From Candidatus Multivoradales bacterium (lineage in GTDB: Bacteria; Acidobacteriota; Thermoanaerobaculia; Multivoradales; JAHEKO01), in NCBI GenBank assembly GCA_965223855.1, contig CBDCXM010000002.1:128001-192000 (forward strand): DNA of 64,000 nt. The letters run 5' to 3'. Positions 1 to 10,643 of the stretch are shown here, piece by piece. Below the pieces are notes generated by a model. That model saw nothing but the letters and a program-made list of their open reading frames with translations, searched no databases and was not told the origin of the DNA. Every line of letters starts with the position of its first letter. The first letter of the stretch is position 1. The position numbers were made by a program, and so were the translations under genes.

Positions 1-3000
1 CCAGACAGAGCTCACCCTCGACGGTGAGGGCTCCGCTTCGACTGAGTTCACGGCGTCCTCGGGAGAGATTCTCTACGGACGACTCCAGGCCGAGAGTGCG
101 GTTCAGGACGATCGGGGCAAGAGGGTCGCCTCGTCGGTGGAGGCCCGCTTCGCGTCCCGCGACCGCTTCGTAGGCATCTCGCAGTCGGACTGGGTACTGA
201 AGACGGGCACGCCGGCCTCGGTCGATGCCTGGGTAGCGGATGAGCATGGCAACCTGCTGCCCGATCAGGAGGTCGCGTTCACCATCGAGAGGGAGGTCAC
301 CCACGCCGCTCGCGTTCGGGGCGCGGGCAGCGCGTACCTGACGAGGTACGAGCGTTCCTGGGAGACGGCCGCCGCCTGCAGCGGCCTGACGACCGATGAG
401 CCGGCGAGCTGCAGCTTCTCTCCTCCCCAGGCCGGCCGCTACCGCCTGACGGCGGCGATCGCCGATACGCGTGGTCGGCCCGTGTCGAGCACCCTCCATC
501 GCTGGACGGTCGGAGCCGGGCGGGTTCTGTGGGAGGAGCCCCCCGGGCATCATCTCCAGATCGAGGCGGAAGCCTCCGTGCTCCGGGTCGGCGAGACGGC
601 CAGATACCTGGTCAAGAACCCTTTCCCCGGCGCAAGAGCGCTCGTCACTCTGGAGCGGCTCGGCACCATTCGCAGCTGGACGACGACGTTCGAGTCTTCG
701 AGCGAGCTGATCGAGTTCGAGGTCGAGCCCGATCTGCTGCCGGGCTTCTACCTTTCGGTCGTCGTCACGTCGCCGCGCGTCGCCCCGGCACCGCCGTCCG
801 AGGGCGGCGTCGATCTCGGCAAGCCTGCGTTCCGCCTCGGGTACGCGAGGACCGAGGTTCGCGATCCGTACAAGGAACTCGACGTCGAGGTCACTCCGCA
901 GGACGAGGTGACGAAGCCTCGGCAGCGGGTGCGGGCCGAGATATCGGTATCGACGCGGCAGGGTGAAACTCCTCCAGCCGAGGTCGCGGTCGCGGTTCTC
1001 GACGAGGCGGTCCTCGATCTCCTGAGCGCAGGCGAGGCGACGTTCGACCCCTATGTGGGGCTCTATCGACTCGCCCCGCTCGACGTTGCGAACTACAACC
1101 TCGTCAAGGCTCTGGTGGGTTGGCGCAAGATCGAGAAGAAGGGGGCCGACGCCGGTGGAGGTGGTGGAGGCGACGACCGGCTGCGTTCGATCTTCGACTT
1201 CGTCGCCTACTGGAACCCGGCTGTCGAGACGGACTCCAGCGGGCAGGCGACGATCGAGTTCGATCTGCCCGACAACCTGACCGGCTGGCGTGTCCTCGCG
1301 GTTGCGGCGACCCGTGGTGACCGGGTCGGACTCGGCTCGGCGAGCTTCCGAACCAATCTGCCGACGGAGGTGCGTCCCGCCCTGCCGAACCAGGTGATCG
1401 AGGGCGACGCCTTCGAGGCGCGCTTCACGGTGATGAATCGCACCGACAGCAGACGGCGGCTGAGGATCTCGGCGCGGGCGACAGGAGCCGTCGATGGAGC
1501 CCCCGCCATGGAGACGAGGATCCGGGCCGAGCCGTTCCAGCGGTACGTCGTGTCTTTGCCGATCACCACGACCACGCCGGGTGAGATAGGGCTCGAAGTT
1601 CGTGCCGGAGATCGCATGGACGAGGACGCGCTCACGGTGCACCTCCCGGTTCTCCCTGCGGCCTCGCTACTCACCGCTGCCGACTACGGCTCTCTGACAG
1701 GGACTTCCGACACGCGCACCGTCGCCTTCCCGGCCGAGATGCGCACCGATGTCGGCGCACTCGAAGTGACGGCCAGCCCGACGGTGATCGGCTCTCTCGA
1801 GCGCGCCTTCACCTACCTTCGCGACTATCCGTACTCGTGCTGGGAGCAGAGGCTGAGCAAGGGGGCGATGGCGGCGTACTTCCTTGCATTGCGCCCCTAT
1901 CTTTCGGAGGAGGTCGAATGGCCGGAAGCCGCTGCCGACTTGAAGCGCACCCTTGAGCGAGCGGCTGACTTCCAGGCACCGAACGGCGGGATGGTCTACT
2001 GGTTGCCGCTCGACCAGTATGCGAGCCCCTATCTTTCGGCGTACACGGCGCTGGTCTTCGGCTGGCTCGAGGAACTCGGTTACGAGCCTCCCGCCGCCGT
2101 CGAGGAGCGGCTTCACGAGTACCTTCGCACCTACCTGAGGAAGGACGTTCTGCCGGACTTCTACAGTCGCGGAATGAGTTCGACCGTGCGTGCGGTGGCC
2201 CTCGCGGCACTGGCCGCCGCCGATGACCTCGCACCCGAGGATCTGGAGCGCTACGCCGCTCACGTCGACGAGATGAGCCTGTTCGGCAAGGCGCACTACC
2301 TGCTCGCGGCCGCAGGGATCGGCGCGGACTCGGAAGAGAGACGTCGGGTCGTCGGGGCGATCCTCGATCACGCGCAGGAGAGCGCCGGCAAGATCGTCTT
2401 CTCCGAGCCGCTCGACGACGGCTACTCGCGCATCCTCCACTCCGAGTTGCGGACCCAGTGTGCCGTCCTCAGCAGCATCCTGGCGGAGCTGCCGGGTGAG
2501 AGGGTCTCACAGGTCGCACCGCGTCTCGTGAGGCACCTCACTCAGTCGCGCCGGCAGCGGCACCGCTGGGAGAACACCCAGGAGAACCTCTTCTGCGCCC
2601 GCGCTCTCTCCGCCTATGCGGAGCGCTTCGAGTCGGTATCTCCCGACATGAAGGCAAGGGCCTCGATCGGTGGCGCTCAGTTCGGCGAGGGGAGCTGGAG
2701 CGATTTCCGGGACCCCGCGCTCACCTTCAGTCGCCCGATCACCGTTCGAGATCCCGGGACCGAGGCGGCGGTGACTGTCGAGCGCGAAGGTGCGGGGCGC
2801 CTCTACTACTCGGTCAGGCTCGCCTGGGCACCTGCCGATCCCGGCCAACGCACCCACAATGCCGGCTTCGACGTTCGGCGCGAATACAGCGTCGAGCGGG
2901 AGGGAGGTTGGGAGCTGCTCGACTCTCCGGCGCTCTTGCGCCAGGGCGAGCTCGTCAGGGTCGATCTCTACGTCAGTCTGCCGGCCGCGCGCAACTTCGT

Positions 3001-3364
3001 TGTCGTCGAGGACCCGGTGCCGGGTGGCCTCGAGCCCGTCCAGCGCGAGCTCGCCACATCATCGACGATCGATGCCGACAAGGAACGTACCGGGATGCCA
3101 CCGAATGCGTTCTTCTTCACCCGTGACGACTGGCGCTGGTTCGGCTGGACGCGATGGAGCTTCTACCATCGGGAGCTGCGCCACGATGCAGTCCGCTTCT
3201 ATTCCGAGTACCTCCCGGCCGGCAGCTACCACCTGTCCTATGTCGCACAGGCGATCGCTCCCGGGAGCTTCCGGGCACTCCCCGTTCGGGCCGAGGAGAT
3301 GTATGACCCCGACGTGTTCGGAGCGGGGCTTTCGAGGCCGTTCGAGATCGAGGCTCTGCCTTGA
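1..3364 (+). CDS. Bacterial alpha-2-macroglobulin family protein (5'-truncated by window edge)
   Basis: Frame is open from position 2. Thioester motif YPYSCWEQ, Gly-rich bait region (GADAGGGGGGDDRLR), LPDNLTGWR and C-terminal AEEMYDP; pbpC lies directly downstream. Confidence 0.95.
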   Translation, partial: QTELTLDGEGSASTEFTASSGEILYGRLQAESAVQDDRGKRVASSVEARFASRDRFVGISQSDWVLKTGTPASVDAWVADEHGNLLPDQEVAFTIEREVTHAARVRGAGSAYLTRYERSWETAAACSGLTTDEPASCSFSPPQAGRYRLTAAIADTRGRPVSSTLHRWTVGAGRVLWEEPPGHHLQIEAEASVLRVGETARYLVKNPFPGARALVTLERLGTIRSWTTTFESSSELIEFEVEPDLLPGFYLSVVVTSPRVAPAPPSEGGVDLGKPAFRLGYARTEVRDPYKELDVEVTPQDEVTKPRQRVRAEISVSTRQGETPPAEVAVAVLDEAVLDLLSAGEATFDPYVGLYRLAPLDVANYNLVKALVGWRKIEKKGADAGGGGGGDDRLRSIFDFVAYWNPAVETDSSGQATIEFDLPDNLTGWRVLAVAATRGDRVGLGSASFRTNLPTEVRPALPNQVIEGDAFEARFTVMNRTDSRRRLRISARATGAVDGAPAMETRIRAEPFQRYVVSLPITTTTPGEIGLEVRAGDRMDEDALTVHLPVLPAASLLTAADYGSLTGTSDTRTVAFPAEMRTDVGALEVTASPTVIGSLERAFTYLRDYPYSCWEQRLSKGAMAAYFLALRPYLSEEVEWPEAAADLKRTLERAADFQAPNGGMVYWLPLDQYASPYLSAYTALVFGWLEELGYEPPAAVEERLHEYLRTYLRKDVLPDFYSRGMSSTVRAVALAALAAADDLAPEDLERYAAHVDEMSLFGKAHYLLAAAGIGADSEERRRVVGAILDHAQESAGKIVFSEPLDDGYSRILHSELRTQCAVLSSILAELPGERVSQVAPRLVRHLTQSRRQRHRWENTQENLFCARALSAYAERFESVSPDMKARASIGGAQFGEGSWSDFRDPALTFSRPITVRDPGTEAAVTVEREGAGRLYYSVRLAWAPADPGQRTHNAGFDVRREYSVEREGGWELLDSPALLRQGELVRVDLYVSLPAARNFVVVEDPVPGGLEPVQRELATSSTIDADKERTGMPPNAFFFTRDDWRWFGWTRWSFYHRELRHDAVRFYSEYLPAGSYHLSYVAQAIAPGSFRALPVRAEEMYDPDVFGAGLSRPFEIEALP

Positions 3365-5580
3365 AGAGGCTCGTCGCGGGAAGTGCTGCAACTCTCGCCG
3401 CCGGTGCGCTTTGTCTGGCGATCGCCACTCTGCGTTCCCTTGAACCGGTTCCGGAGTCTCTTCCGCCCGCCGTCGGAGAATCCCCGGGTCCGATCTACAC
3501 CGACCGCGAGGGCGTGCCACTGCATGTCAGCTACTCGCAGCGTTGGAACACGGAGCATCGAACGCCGCTCCATGACATCCCCGAGCTGCTCGTTGCGGCG
3601 TTCGTCGAATCGGAAGACCAGCGCTTCTTCGAACATCGAGGTGTCGATTGGGCAGCGCGCGGCCATGCGCTGGTCGAGAATCTGTCGGCTCGCCGAGTCG
3701 TTCGAGGAGCCAGTACGATCACGGAGCAGGCCGCGCGACTGGTCACGCCGCGTGCGCGCACCTTCTGGTCCAGGTGGGTCGAGGGCTTCGAGGCCGGACG
3801 GCTGGAGAAGCGCTTCACCAAGGGCGAGATTCTCGAGTTCTACCTCAACCAGGTGCCCTACGCACGACAGCGCCGCGGCGTCGCGCAGGCCGCTCTCGAC
3901 TATTTCGATCGTGATCTCACCACCCTGCATCCCCGGGAGATGCTGGCGCTGGCGATCCTCGTTCGGAGCCCCAGTCGTTTCGATTTGCGGCGATCGACAG
4001 AGGCGATCGCTCGGCGGGTGGACGATCTTGCTCGGAGACTCGCCGAGTCCGGGACGATCGACGCAGCGACACTCGCTGCCGTCGAGCGCGGCGCGCTGGA
4101 GTTGCGCCCGCCGAGTCTGCAGACCGAGGCGCCCCACTTCGTAGGCCACCTGAAGAGGCTGTCCCTGATCGAGGCTGGAGGCAGAAGGTCGGCGACGACC
4201 CTTTCCGGTGGTATGCAAAGGCACGTCACCGCCCTGCTCGACCGTCAGGTTGAGCAGCTCGGGCACCTCGGCGTCACCGATGGCGCCGCCGTCGTCATCG
4301 ACCATCGCAGCGATGAGGTCCTGGCCTGGGCCAACGCCGGCGGCTATTCGCCCGATGTTGCCGGTTCGCAGATCGATGCCGTCCTGGTTCGGCGGCAGCC
4401 CGGTTCGACCCTCAAGCCGTTCGTCTACGCGCTGGCTCTGGAGAGTGGCTGGACGGCTGCTACCCGGATCGACGACACGCCTCTCGCGCGTCCGGTGGGC
4501 AGCGGCCTGCATCAGTTCCGCAACTACAGCCGGAGGCACTACGGACCGGTCACACTGCGACAGGCGCTCGGAAACTCACTGAACATCCCGGCGGTGAGGG
4601 CCGTGCGACATGTCTCGCCTCGCAGCCTCCTCGATCTCCTGCATCGACTGGGCTTCGAGAGCCTCGATCGCCACCCCGACCTCTACGGCGAGGGGCTGGC
4701 ACTCGGCAACGGCGAAGTGACGCTGCTGGAGTTGACCGCCGCCTATGCGACTCTCGCGCGCGGAGGTGTTCGGCGGGATCTGCGCCTGTTGCGCGACGCC
4801 CGACCCGGGGCGGGCGTCAGGGTGATCGATCCCGAGGTGAGCTCGATCGTGTCGGACATCCTGGCCGATCCCGAAGCGCGCAGCCTCGAGTTCGGCCGGC
4901 ACGGGATACTTGCGCTTCCGGTACCGACCGCGGTCAAGACCGGGACCTCCACCGGCTATGCCGACGCCTGGGCACTCGGCTTCTCCGACCGCTTCACCGT
5001 GGGGGTGTGGCTGGGCAACCTGGACCGTCGGGAGATGGACGGCGTTTCGGGAGCGATCGGCCCGGCACCGGTGCTGCGGGCTACCTTCGCCGAGCTGCGC
5101 CGGCGCACCGGCGAGCATCGTCTCCCGGCGACTCGCTCGCTCCGGCGGATCGAGGTCTGCAGAGACTCGGGGGCGTTGCCGACACCGTCCTGCCCGCGGA
5201 TTCGCGAGCTCTTCCGGGAAGCACACGCGCCCGAGGACACCTGCTCTCTCCATTCTCTCGCTCGAGGGCATGTTACCGACAGGGGGGCGCCCGGGGCGCC
5301 CGAGTTCGGGAGCTACCGACTCACCCAGCCGACCCCCGGGCTGCTGTTGGCGATGGATCCTCGAATTCCGGATCACCTGGAGGCCTTCTCGTTCAGGTTG
5401 AATCGTCCAGGCGGGGTGTCGATCGACTGGATCGTCGACGGAGACGTGATCGCCCGACGACCGGGCGGCGACGAATTCCTCTGGCAGCTGAGGCCGGGAG
5501 CCCACACCGTGCTGGCGAGAGTGCACACCGCGACGGGAGACATCGTGGAGACGGAGCCGGTGGCGTTCGAGGTGCGGTGA
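3361..5580 (+). CDS. pbpC: Penicillin-binding protein 1C (transglycosylase/transpeptidase)
   Basis: EDQRFFEHRGVD and GASTITEQ transglycosylase motifs; STLK, SLN and KTGT transpeptidase motifs; 4-bp overlap with the A2M gene, the canonical pairing. Confidence 0.95.
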   Translation: MKRLVAGSAATLAAGALCLAIATLRSLEPVPESLPPAVGESPGPIYTDREGVPLHVSYSQRWNTEHRTPLHDIPELLVAAFVESEDQRFFEHRGVDWAARGHALVENLSARRVVRGASTITEQAARLVTPRARTFWSRWVEGFEAGRLEKRFTKGEILEFYLNQVPYARQRRGVAQAALDYFDRDLTTLHPREMLALAILVRSPSRFDLRRSTEAIARRVDDLARRLAESGTIDAATLAAVERGALELRPPSLQTEAPHFVGHLKRLSLIEAGGRRSATTLSGGMQRHVTALLDRQVEQLGHLGVTDGAAVVIDHRSDEVLAWANAGGYSPDVAGSQIDAVLVRRQPGSTLKPFVYALALESGWTAATRIDDTPLARPVGSGLHQFRNYSRRHYGPVTLRQALGNSLNIPAVRAVRHVSPRSLLDLLHRLGFESLDRHPDLYGEGLALGNGEVTLLELTAAYATLARGGVRRDLRLLRDARPGAGVRVIDPEVSSIVSDILADPEARSLEFGRHGILALPVPTAVKTGTSTGYADAWALGFSDRFTVGVWLGNLDRREMDGVSGAIGPAPVLRATFAELRRRTGEHRLPATRSLRRIEVCRDSGALPTPSCPRIRELFREAHAPEDTCSLHSLARGHVTDRGAPGAPEFGSYRLTQPTPGLLLAMDPRIPDHLEAFSFRLNRPGGVSIDWIVDGDVIARRPGGDEFLWQLRPGAHTVLARVHTATGDIVETEPVAFEVR

Positions 5581-5632
5581 CGGCGTCGCCGGGGAGTGGA
5601 GACTCGCTGAAAGGTGGAACTGTGACCGGGCC

Positions 5633-8600
5633 TCAGGGAATCGTCGTCGACCATGCCGAAGTGTCGCCCGACTCGAAGCCGTCGCTGAAGATCTCGGTGG
5701 TCGGGACGGAGTCTCCGTTGGCGTCCAGCTGTCTCAGGTAGGCCAACAGGTCGGAGCGGGCGCCGGTCGAGAGGGCGAGCACCCGCCGATGAGGCTCGGC
5801 CTGAGCGAGGTCGTCGGGCGACGAGACGACGATCTCGTCGAGGCTGACGTTGGGGAAGCTCGCCGTCGCCTCCACAGTGACGGTGTTGCCCGTGCCGGGC
5901 GAGAAGGAGAGCCCTTCGACCCGGACCCGCAGCCAGTTCGTGTGACGCCATCTCGGATCGTTGCCGGGATCGGGCACCGTGACGGTGGAGCCGGAGCCGT
6001 TGACGCGCACCGAGAGGGTCGTGGCGCTCCAACTGCTCACCCGCAGCTCGATCGCCCCGACGCCGCCGGCACCGCCGTCGATTCCGGCGAAGTCGACCCT
6101 GGCGCCCTGATCGTTGAGCGCCATGTAGGCGCGCCCGTGGACGGTGTCGTCGTTGTTGAGATCGACCCAGGTGTCGACGACCGATGCCCCGCCCGCGGGA
6201 GTGCCGTCCTCGGCCGGAAGCACTTCGCCCCCGGCGACGACGAAGACGTCCTCGAGTGTCGGTGCGGAGCCGTCGTGAAGGTAGGGTGCGGAGGCGAAGA
6301 TTCCCAGTAGCGTCGGTGTGTCGATGCCGTCGAGCACGCCGCCGAGCCGCCCGCCGGAGGTGGTGCGCAGGGTGCCGACGTCGTGAAGGATCACCGTTCC
6401 CGTCGTGCTGTCGGTGAACTCCGAGCCGCTGTGACAGCCCGCGCAGCCTTCGGCGGCGAAGACCGCGCGCCCTGCCGCGGCGCTCGGTGTCAGGGTGCCG
6501 TTGGCGGCCCGATGAGGGCTCCTCGGAAGGGCCTCGAAGGTCAATGAGGTCAGGTAGTCGGCGAGAGCGTCGAGCTCCGCGCTCAGCCCCGCCTTGGGAG
6601 GGCCGAGAGGGTCGCTGGTGGCGTCGAAGTCGGCGTCCGACAGGAATCCCGAGCCGCCGAAGGCGAACCGGATGTCGTTCTCGAAATCCTGGATCTCGTC
6701 GAAGTTGGCGCTCCAGTGAACGTTGCCGTGTCCCATGCCGCCGCGGCCGTTGAGGGTGATGGTGTTCCTCAGACCCTCGCCGCGACCGGTGAAGTCCCAG
6801 ACACGGCCGTCCTCGCCGCCGTCGAGATGACAGGTGGCGCAGCTCAGGTAGCCCTCGGCGCTCATCCTCGGGTCGCTCGCGTCGTAGAACAGCGTCTTGC
6901 CGGCGAGCACTGTGGGCGGTAGCGCCTCGGTGGTCGACGTCGCGACCGTGCTCGAAGCCAGTGTGATCGAGCCCGACCGGAAGAGCGGGCCCGCGTCGAC
7001 GGCACTCGCGTCGCGCGACAGGAAGTTCTTCACGAAGACGCGCTCGGTGTCGGAGTCGACGCAGACTCCCTGCGGCGCTCTTCCCACTGCGAGCCGTGCG
7101 ACGAGGCCGCCCAGCCCCGAGTCTCCTCCCGAGCCGCCGGGCGCTTCGAGGGCATCGAGTACCAGCACCTCGTTGTTGCCCTGGAGGGCGACGAAGAGGT
7201 AGTCGCCGAGCGGCGAGAAGGCGAGACCGTGCGCGGAGTCGCTGTTGTCGAGATCGACGGCCCGATCGAGGGTGCCGGCGGTGAGATCGACCCTGATCGC
7301 GAGGTTGCGGACCGTGTTGTCCTGGTCGAGGTCCTCGGCGAAGAGCGGTCCCTTCTCGGCGTTCGGCTTGTTGGCGGTCAACCAGGCGGATGTGCCGTCG
7401 GGAGAGACGGCGATCGCAGTCAGGTAGTTGGCGGTGCCGCGGCCGGAGGCGGTGCCGTCGCGGTTCTCGTCGCCGCCGAACTTCGGAATCTCGATCGTCC
7501 GATTGAGCGTGAAACTCGTCGCCGATACCTCCCATACCTCCGCGTGGTCGGGGGGCGAGAGGAAGCGCGCTACGAGGATGCCGGTGCCGTCACCGGTGAC
7601 GGCGAGCGCCCCCGGCGTCGGTCCGAGCGACAGGGTCCCTGTGCGGCTGCGACTGCTCACCTCGTACCGGCCGAGCGCTCCGCTGCCGTGCTCCGAGACG
7701 TACATCGAGGCCCCGTCCGGCGACGGGGCCAGTGCGATCGGGGCGGCGCCGTAGTCGAGGCCGATCTCGTCGATGAGCCCTCCGGTCGAGACGTCGAGGA
7801 TGACGACGCGGTCGTCGTCGTGACAGGTGACCCAGGCTTCATCACCCACGACCGCCACCGATCGCGGATCGGCACACGCCGGAACCTCGAGCGCGCGCTG
7901 GAGAGTGTCGCTGTCGATGGCGGCCACGCTGTCGTTGTCGGGGTTCACGACCCAGGCTAGACGCCCGGTCGCGTCGCATCCGATTGGCGAGCTGGCAACG
8001 GGGAAGGGTGCCGAAGGGGGATCGAGCACCGTCACGGTCCGGCTCTCGGAGACGATGCTGCCTGCCGGATCGCGCGCCTGGACGGTCGCCCGGTAGTGAC
8101 CGGCCTCCGCGAAGACGTGGTTGGCGTTGCCCTGGCTCGACCATGGAGTCTTCGGAGAGCCGTCGCCGAAGTCGAACCGGAACTCGACCGAATCGCCGTC
8201 GGGGTCGTCGGCGGTGGCGAACAGGTTCGTCATGCCCCCCGGCTCGGCGGGGTAGTCGGCGACGTCGAAGCTGGTGATGTCGGGAGGCCGGTTGCCGCCG
8301 ACAGTCGATCCGGTGGAGAAGGTGAACGAATAGCCCTCGATACCGTTCCCTGCGGCGTCCTTGATTCCTCCGGCGGGGAGGACGACCTCGTAGGTGGTGT
8401 CGGCCGCCAGCGGTGCGTCGGGGGTGAAGGTCAGGACATCGTCGAAGGAGAAGGTGAGGCGCCCCGGGATCGGGCTCCCGCCGAGCGGGCGGACGATGAA
8501 GGTCGTCCCGTTGATGATGGTGAAGCTCTCGAGCGTCTCGTGGATCAGCAGAGTGATCGGCGCGCCCACGGGATAGCCGGTGCGGCCCGACTGCGGGATG

Positions 8601-9721
8601 TGATAGCCGACCGACGGGCCGCGGTCGTCCGGCGTCGACTGATGAGCCCAGATCGCCATCCCCTCGTTGGGGCCGATGCCGCCGGTGACGAGGAGGTTGC
8701 CGAGTGGCAGGAGGAACTGGCTCGTGTCGATGCCGACACCGCCGTCGTTGGGGCGGGTGACGTTGGCGCCATCGAGGAACAGGACGGAGTCGAAGCTCCT
8801 CATGTCGACCTTGTGCCCGCCCATGAAGGCGAACTCGTCCTGGAACTGGATGTACATCGACGCGTCTCCGGGGAGCGCCCGATCGGCGACGAAGCGCAGG
8901 TCGGAGGGGTCGCTCACGTCGACGACGCGGAAGCCGTTGCCGCCGACTCGATAGGGGAAGACGACATAGAGCTTGCCGTCGCCGCCCCACAGCTCCGGCC
9001 AGTACCCTCCCGGTCCGCCGGTCGTCAGGACATCGAGCAACACCGGGTCGGTCGGGTCGCTGACGTCGTAGGTCGCCACTCCGGTGCGGCTCTGGTCGGA
9101 GGCGAAGATCAGCAGATCACCGACGAGGAACGGATGGCCGATGACACCGGTCTCCCCGAGGTGGTCCCACGAGGCGAGTTCGTTGCCGTCGAGGCTGATC
9201 GTCGCGTCGCCACCGACCGTGCCGTAGCTCCAGTAGGTGTCGCCGACGAACCACGGCTGAAAGAGGCAGCCGCGGACCCCGGCGCAGAGGAGCTGCGGAA
9301 AGGTGGTGCGTTCGAGCGTACCGGGTCCGGTCCGCCTCCACGACCACGGAGCCTCGGGAGGCCAGTTCGAGCCGAGGACGAGGTAGTCGCCGCTCTTGAA
9401 GTAGCCGTGGGCGTTGATCGGCATCGGCGTGATGCCGTGGTTGGCGACTTCCACGGGACTGGTCGGGTCGGAGAGGTCCCAGGTACGGACCAGGAAGTCC
9501 GCTCCCGGCTGGCTGGAGGGCACCTCCGGCACCGTGAACAGCACGCCGTTGTGGTAGGCGAGAATCGCGGTCCGCCCCTGCTGCGGAGCGTTGAGGCCGC
9601 TCAGCACCTCGCCGGCCGTCTGAGGCACGTTGGGGAATCCCGGCACCACCGGCGGCTGAGCGGTCGCCGCGGTCGCCAGCGAGGCGAACACGACTCCCAG
9701 CAAGGCACGCGACCGGCGCAT
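5633..9721 (-). CDS. Large secreted multidomain protein: N-terminal propeller, Ig-like, PKD, YVTN-type beta-propeller, di-heme cytochrome c (CcP/MauG-like), CBM-like insert, DGFES tail
   Basis: Signal peptide from ATG 9721 (MRRSRALLGVVFASLATAATA); PKD motif FDFGDGS; two CxxCH motifs (CATCH, CAGCH); TPTLLG..SAPYLHDGS; C-terminus EIFSDGFESGDTSAWSTTIP. Confidence 0.85.
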   Translation of the reverse strand: MRRSRALLGVVFASLATAATAQPPVVPGFPNVPQTAGEVLSGLNAPQQGRTAILAYHNGVLFTVPEVPSSQPGADFLVRTWDLSDPTSPVEVANHGITPMPINAHGYFKSGDYLVLGSNWPPEAPWSWRRTGPGTLERTTFPQLLCAGVRGCLFQPWFVGDTYWSYGTVGGDATISLDGNELASWDHLGETGVIGHPFLVGDLLIFASDQSRTGVATYDVSDPTDPVLLDVLTTGGPGGYWPELWGGDGKLYVVFPYRVGGNGFRVVDVSDPSDLRFVADRALPGDASMYIQFQDEFAFMGGHKVDMRSFDSVLFLDGANVTRPNDGGVGIDTSQFLLPLGNLLVTGGIGPNEGMAIWAHQSTPDDRGPSVGYHIPQSGRTGYPVGAPITLLIHETLESFTIINGTTFIVRPLGGSPIPGRLTFSFDDVLTFTPDAPLAADTTYEVVLPAGGIKDAAGNGIEGYSFTFSTGSTVGGNRPPDITSFDVADYPAEPGGMTNLFATADDPDGDSVEFRFDFGDGSPKTPWSSQGNANHVFAEAGHYRATVQARDPAGSIVSESRTVTVLDPPSAPFPVASSPIGCDATGRLAWVVNPDNDSVAAIDSDTLQRALEVPACADPRSVAVVGDEAWVTCHDDDRVVILDVSTGGLIDEIGLDYGAAPIALAPSPDGASMYVSEHGSGALGRYEVSSRSRTGTLSLGPTPGALAVTGDGTGILVARFLSPPDHAEVWEVSATSFTLNRTIEIPKFGGDENRDGTASGRGTANYLTAIAVSPDGTSAWLTANKPNAEKGPLFAEDLDQDNTVRNLAIRVDLTAGTLDRAVDLDNSDSAHGLAFSPLGDYLFVALQGNNEVLVLDALEAPGGSGGDSGLGGLVARLAVGRAPQGVCVDSDTERVFVKNFLSRDASAVDAGPLFRSGSITLASSTVATSTTEALPPTVLAGKTLFYDASDPRMSAEGYLSCATCHLDGGEDGRVWDFTGRGEGLRNTITLNGRGGMGHGNVHWSANFDEIQDFENDIRFAFGGSGFLSDADFDATSDPLGPPKAGLSAELDALADYLTSLTFEALPRSPHRAANGTLTPSAAAGRAVFAAEGCAGCHSGSEFTDSTTGTVILHDVGTLRTTSGGRLGGVLDGIDTPTLLGIFASAPYLHDGSAPTLEDVFVVAGGEVLPAEDGTPAGGASVVDTWVDLNNDDTVHGRAYMALNDQGARVDFAGIDGGAGGVGAIELRVSSWSATTLSVRVNGSGSTVTVPDPGNDPRWRHTNWLRVRVEGLSFSPGTGNTVTVEATASFPNVSLDEIVVSSPDDLAQAEPHRRVLALSTGARSDLLAYLRQLDANGDSVPTTEIFSDGFESGDTSAWSTTIP

Positions 9722-9809
9722 GCCGTCAGTCTGCCCTCGTGTCGCCGTGCCGGCAGTAACCTGCTTCACGCTCCGACGCGGGAGCGCCGCCGACATTGCG
9801 AGCTAGGTC

Positions 9810-10373
9810 TCAGCTGCCGCCGCTGACCTGAGCGCCTGCGGGGTAGGAAATGAAGAAGCCGTCCGCCCAGACGATGTCGCCGTCGTAGTTGGTGGAGATG
9901 AAGGGGCCGACCGTGTAGGTGGCTCCGGACGCTGCGAGATCGCGCGCCAGGCTGCGGATTCCGAGGGTCGGATAGTCCCCGAGGTCGCTCTGGTTGAGTC
10001 GATACTGGTAGGTGCCGCCCCAGCCGTCGTAGCGGGGCACACTCTGGATGTAGAAGAAGGTCGGGCTCTGGTAGAGGACGCTCTGGAGGTCGTCGGCCAG
10101 GAGGACGTCGCCGAAGTTGAAGTTGAAGGTCTGCGCTCCAGCGGCCGCCGCTCCCGCCTGGTCGGTCAGCCACGAGAACCAGGCGCCGCCGACCTGGCGA
10201 ACGTCGGTTACGGTCCGCTTCTGCTTGGCCTTCTGCAGCGAATCGAGCAGGTTGGGGATGAGGATCGCCGCGATCACGCCGATGATCGCGACGACGATCA
10301 ACAGCTCGATGAGCGTGAAGCCCCGGCCGGGCCGGGACGATCTCCAGTTGCTGAAGCTTCCTAGAGTTGGCAT
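9810..10373 (-). CDS. Prepilin-type N-methylation protein (type IV pilin / GspG-like pseudopilin)
   Basis: G|FTLIELLIVVAIIGVIAAILIP class III signal peptide; DGWG motif. Confidence 0.9.
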   Translation of the reverse strand: MPTLGSFSNWRSSRPGRGFTLIELLIVVAIIGVIAAILIPNLLDSLQKAKQKRTVTDVRQVGGAWFSWLTDQAGAAAAGAQTFNFNFGDVLLADDLQSVLYQSPTFFYIQSVPRYDGWGGTYQYRLNQSDLGDYPTLGIRSLARDLAASGATYTVGPFISTNYDGDIVWADGFFISYPAGAQVSGGS

Positions 10374-10643
10374 CTGCGACTCCTCTGCGCGTCCCCGAGT
10401 GATCGTCGACCGTTCGATTCTCGGACATCCGAACGGCTGGTTGGGAAGTGGAGGTGCAGAGCGCGTGCCATCTGCAATCAGCTTGCGGGTCGTTGACCGA
10501 TCGTCCCGGCGGCGGTTGTCAGAAGGGACTTCGAGTGACAGGGTTTTTCATCGCGCTGACAAAATTGGGCGTGGACTCCTCCACACGAGCCGGCTGGGCG
10601 AAAGCGAGGCGGTCGCGCTCGCTGACGCGAGGCGCGACGGGCA

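Noticed and set aside
1-5580. Alpha-2-macroglobulin/pbpC pair as a novel system
   Set aside because: A well-described conserved pair with canonical motifs.
5373-9826. Long alternative-frame and antisense ORFs (e.g. 5373-7535, 8096-9826; likewise 23149-25551, 51874-53571, 59728-61818)
   Set aside because: Shadow ORFs typical of high-GC DNA that overlap well-supported genes and lack family motifs.
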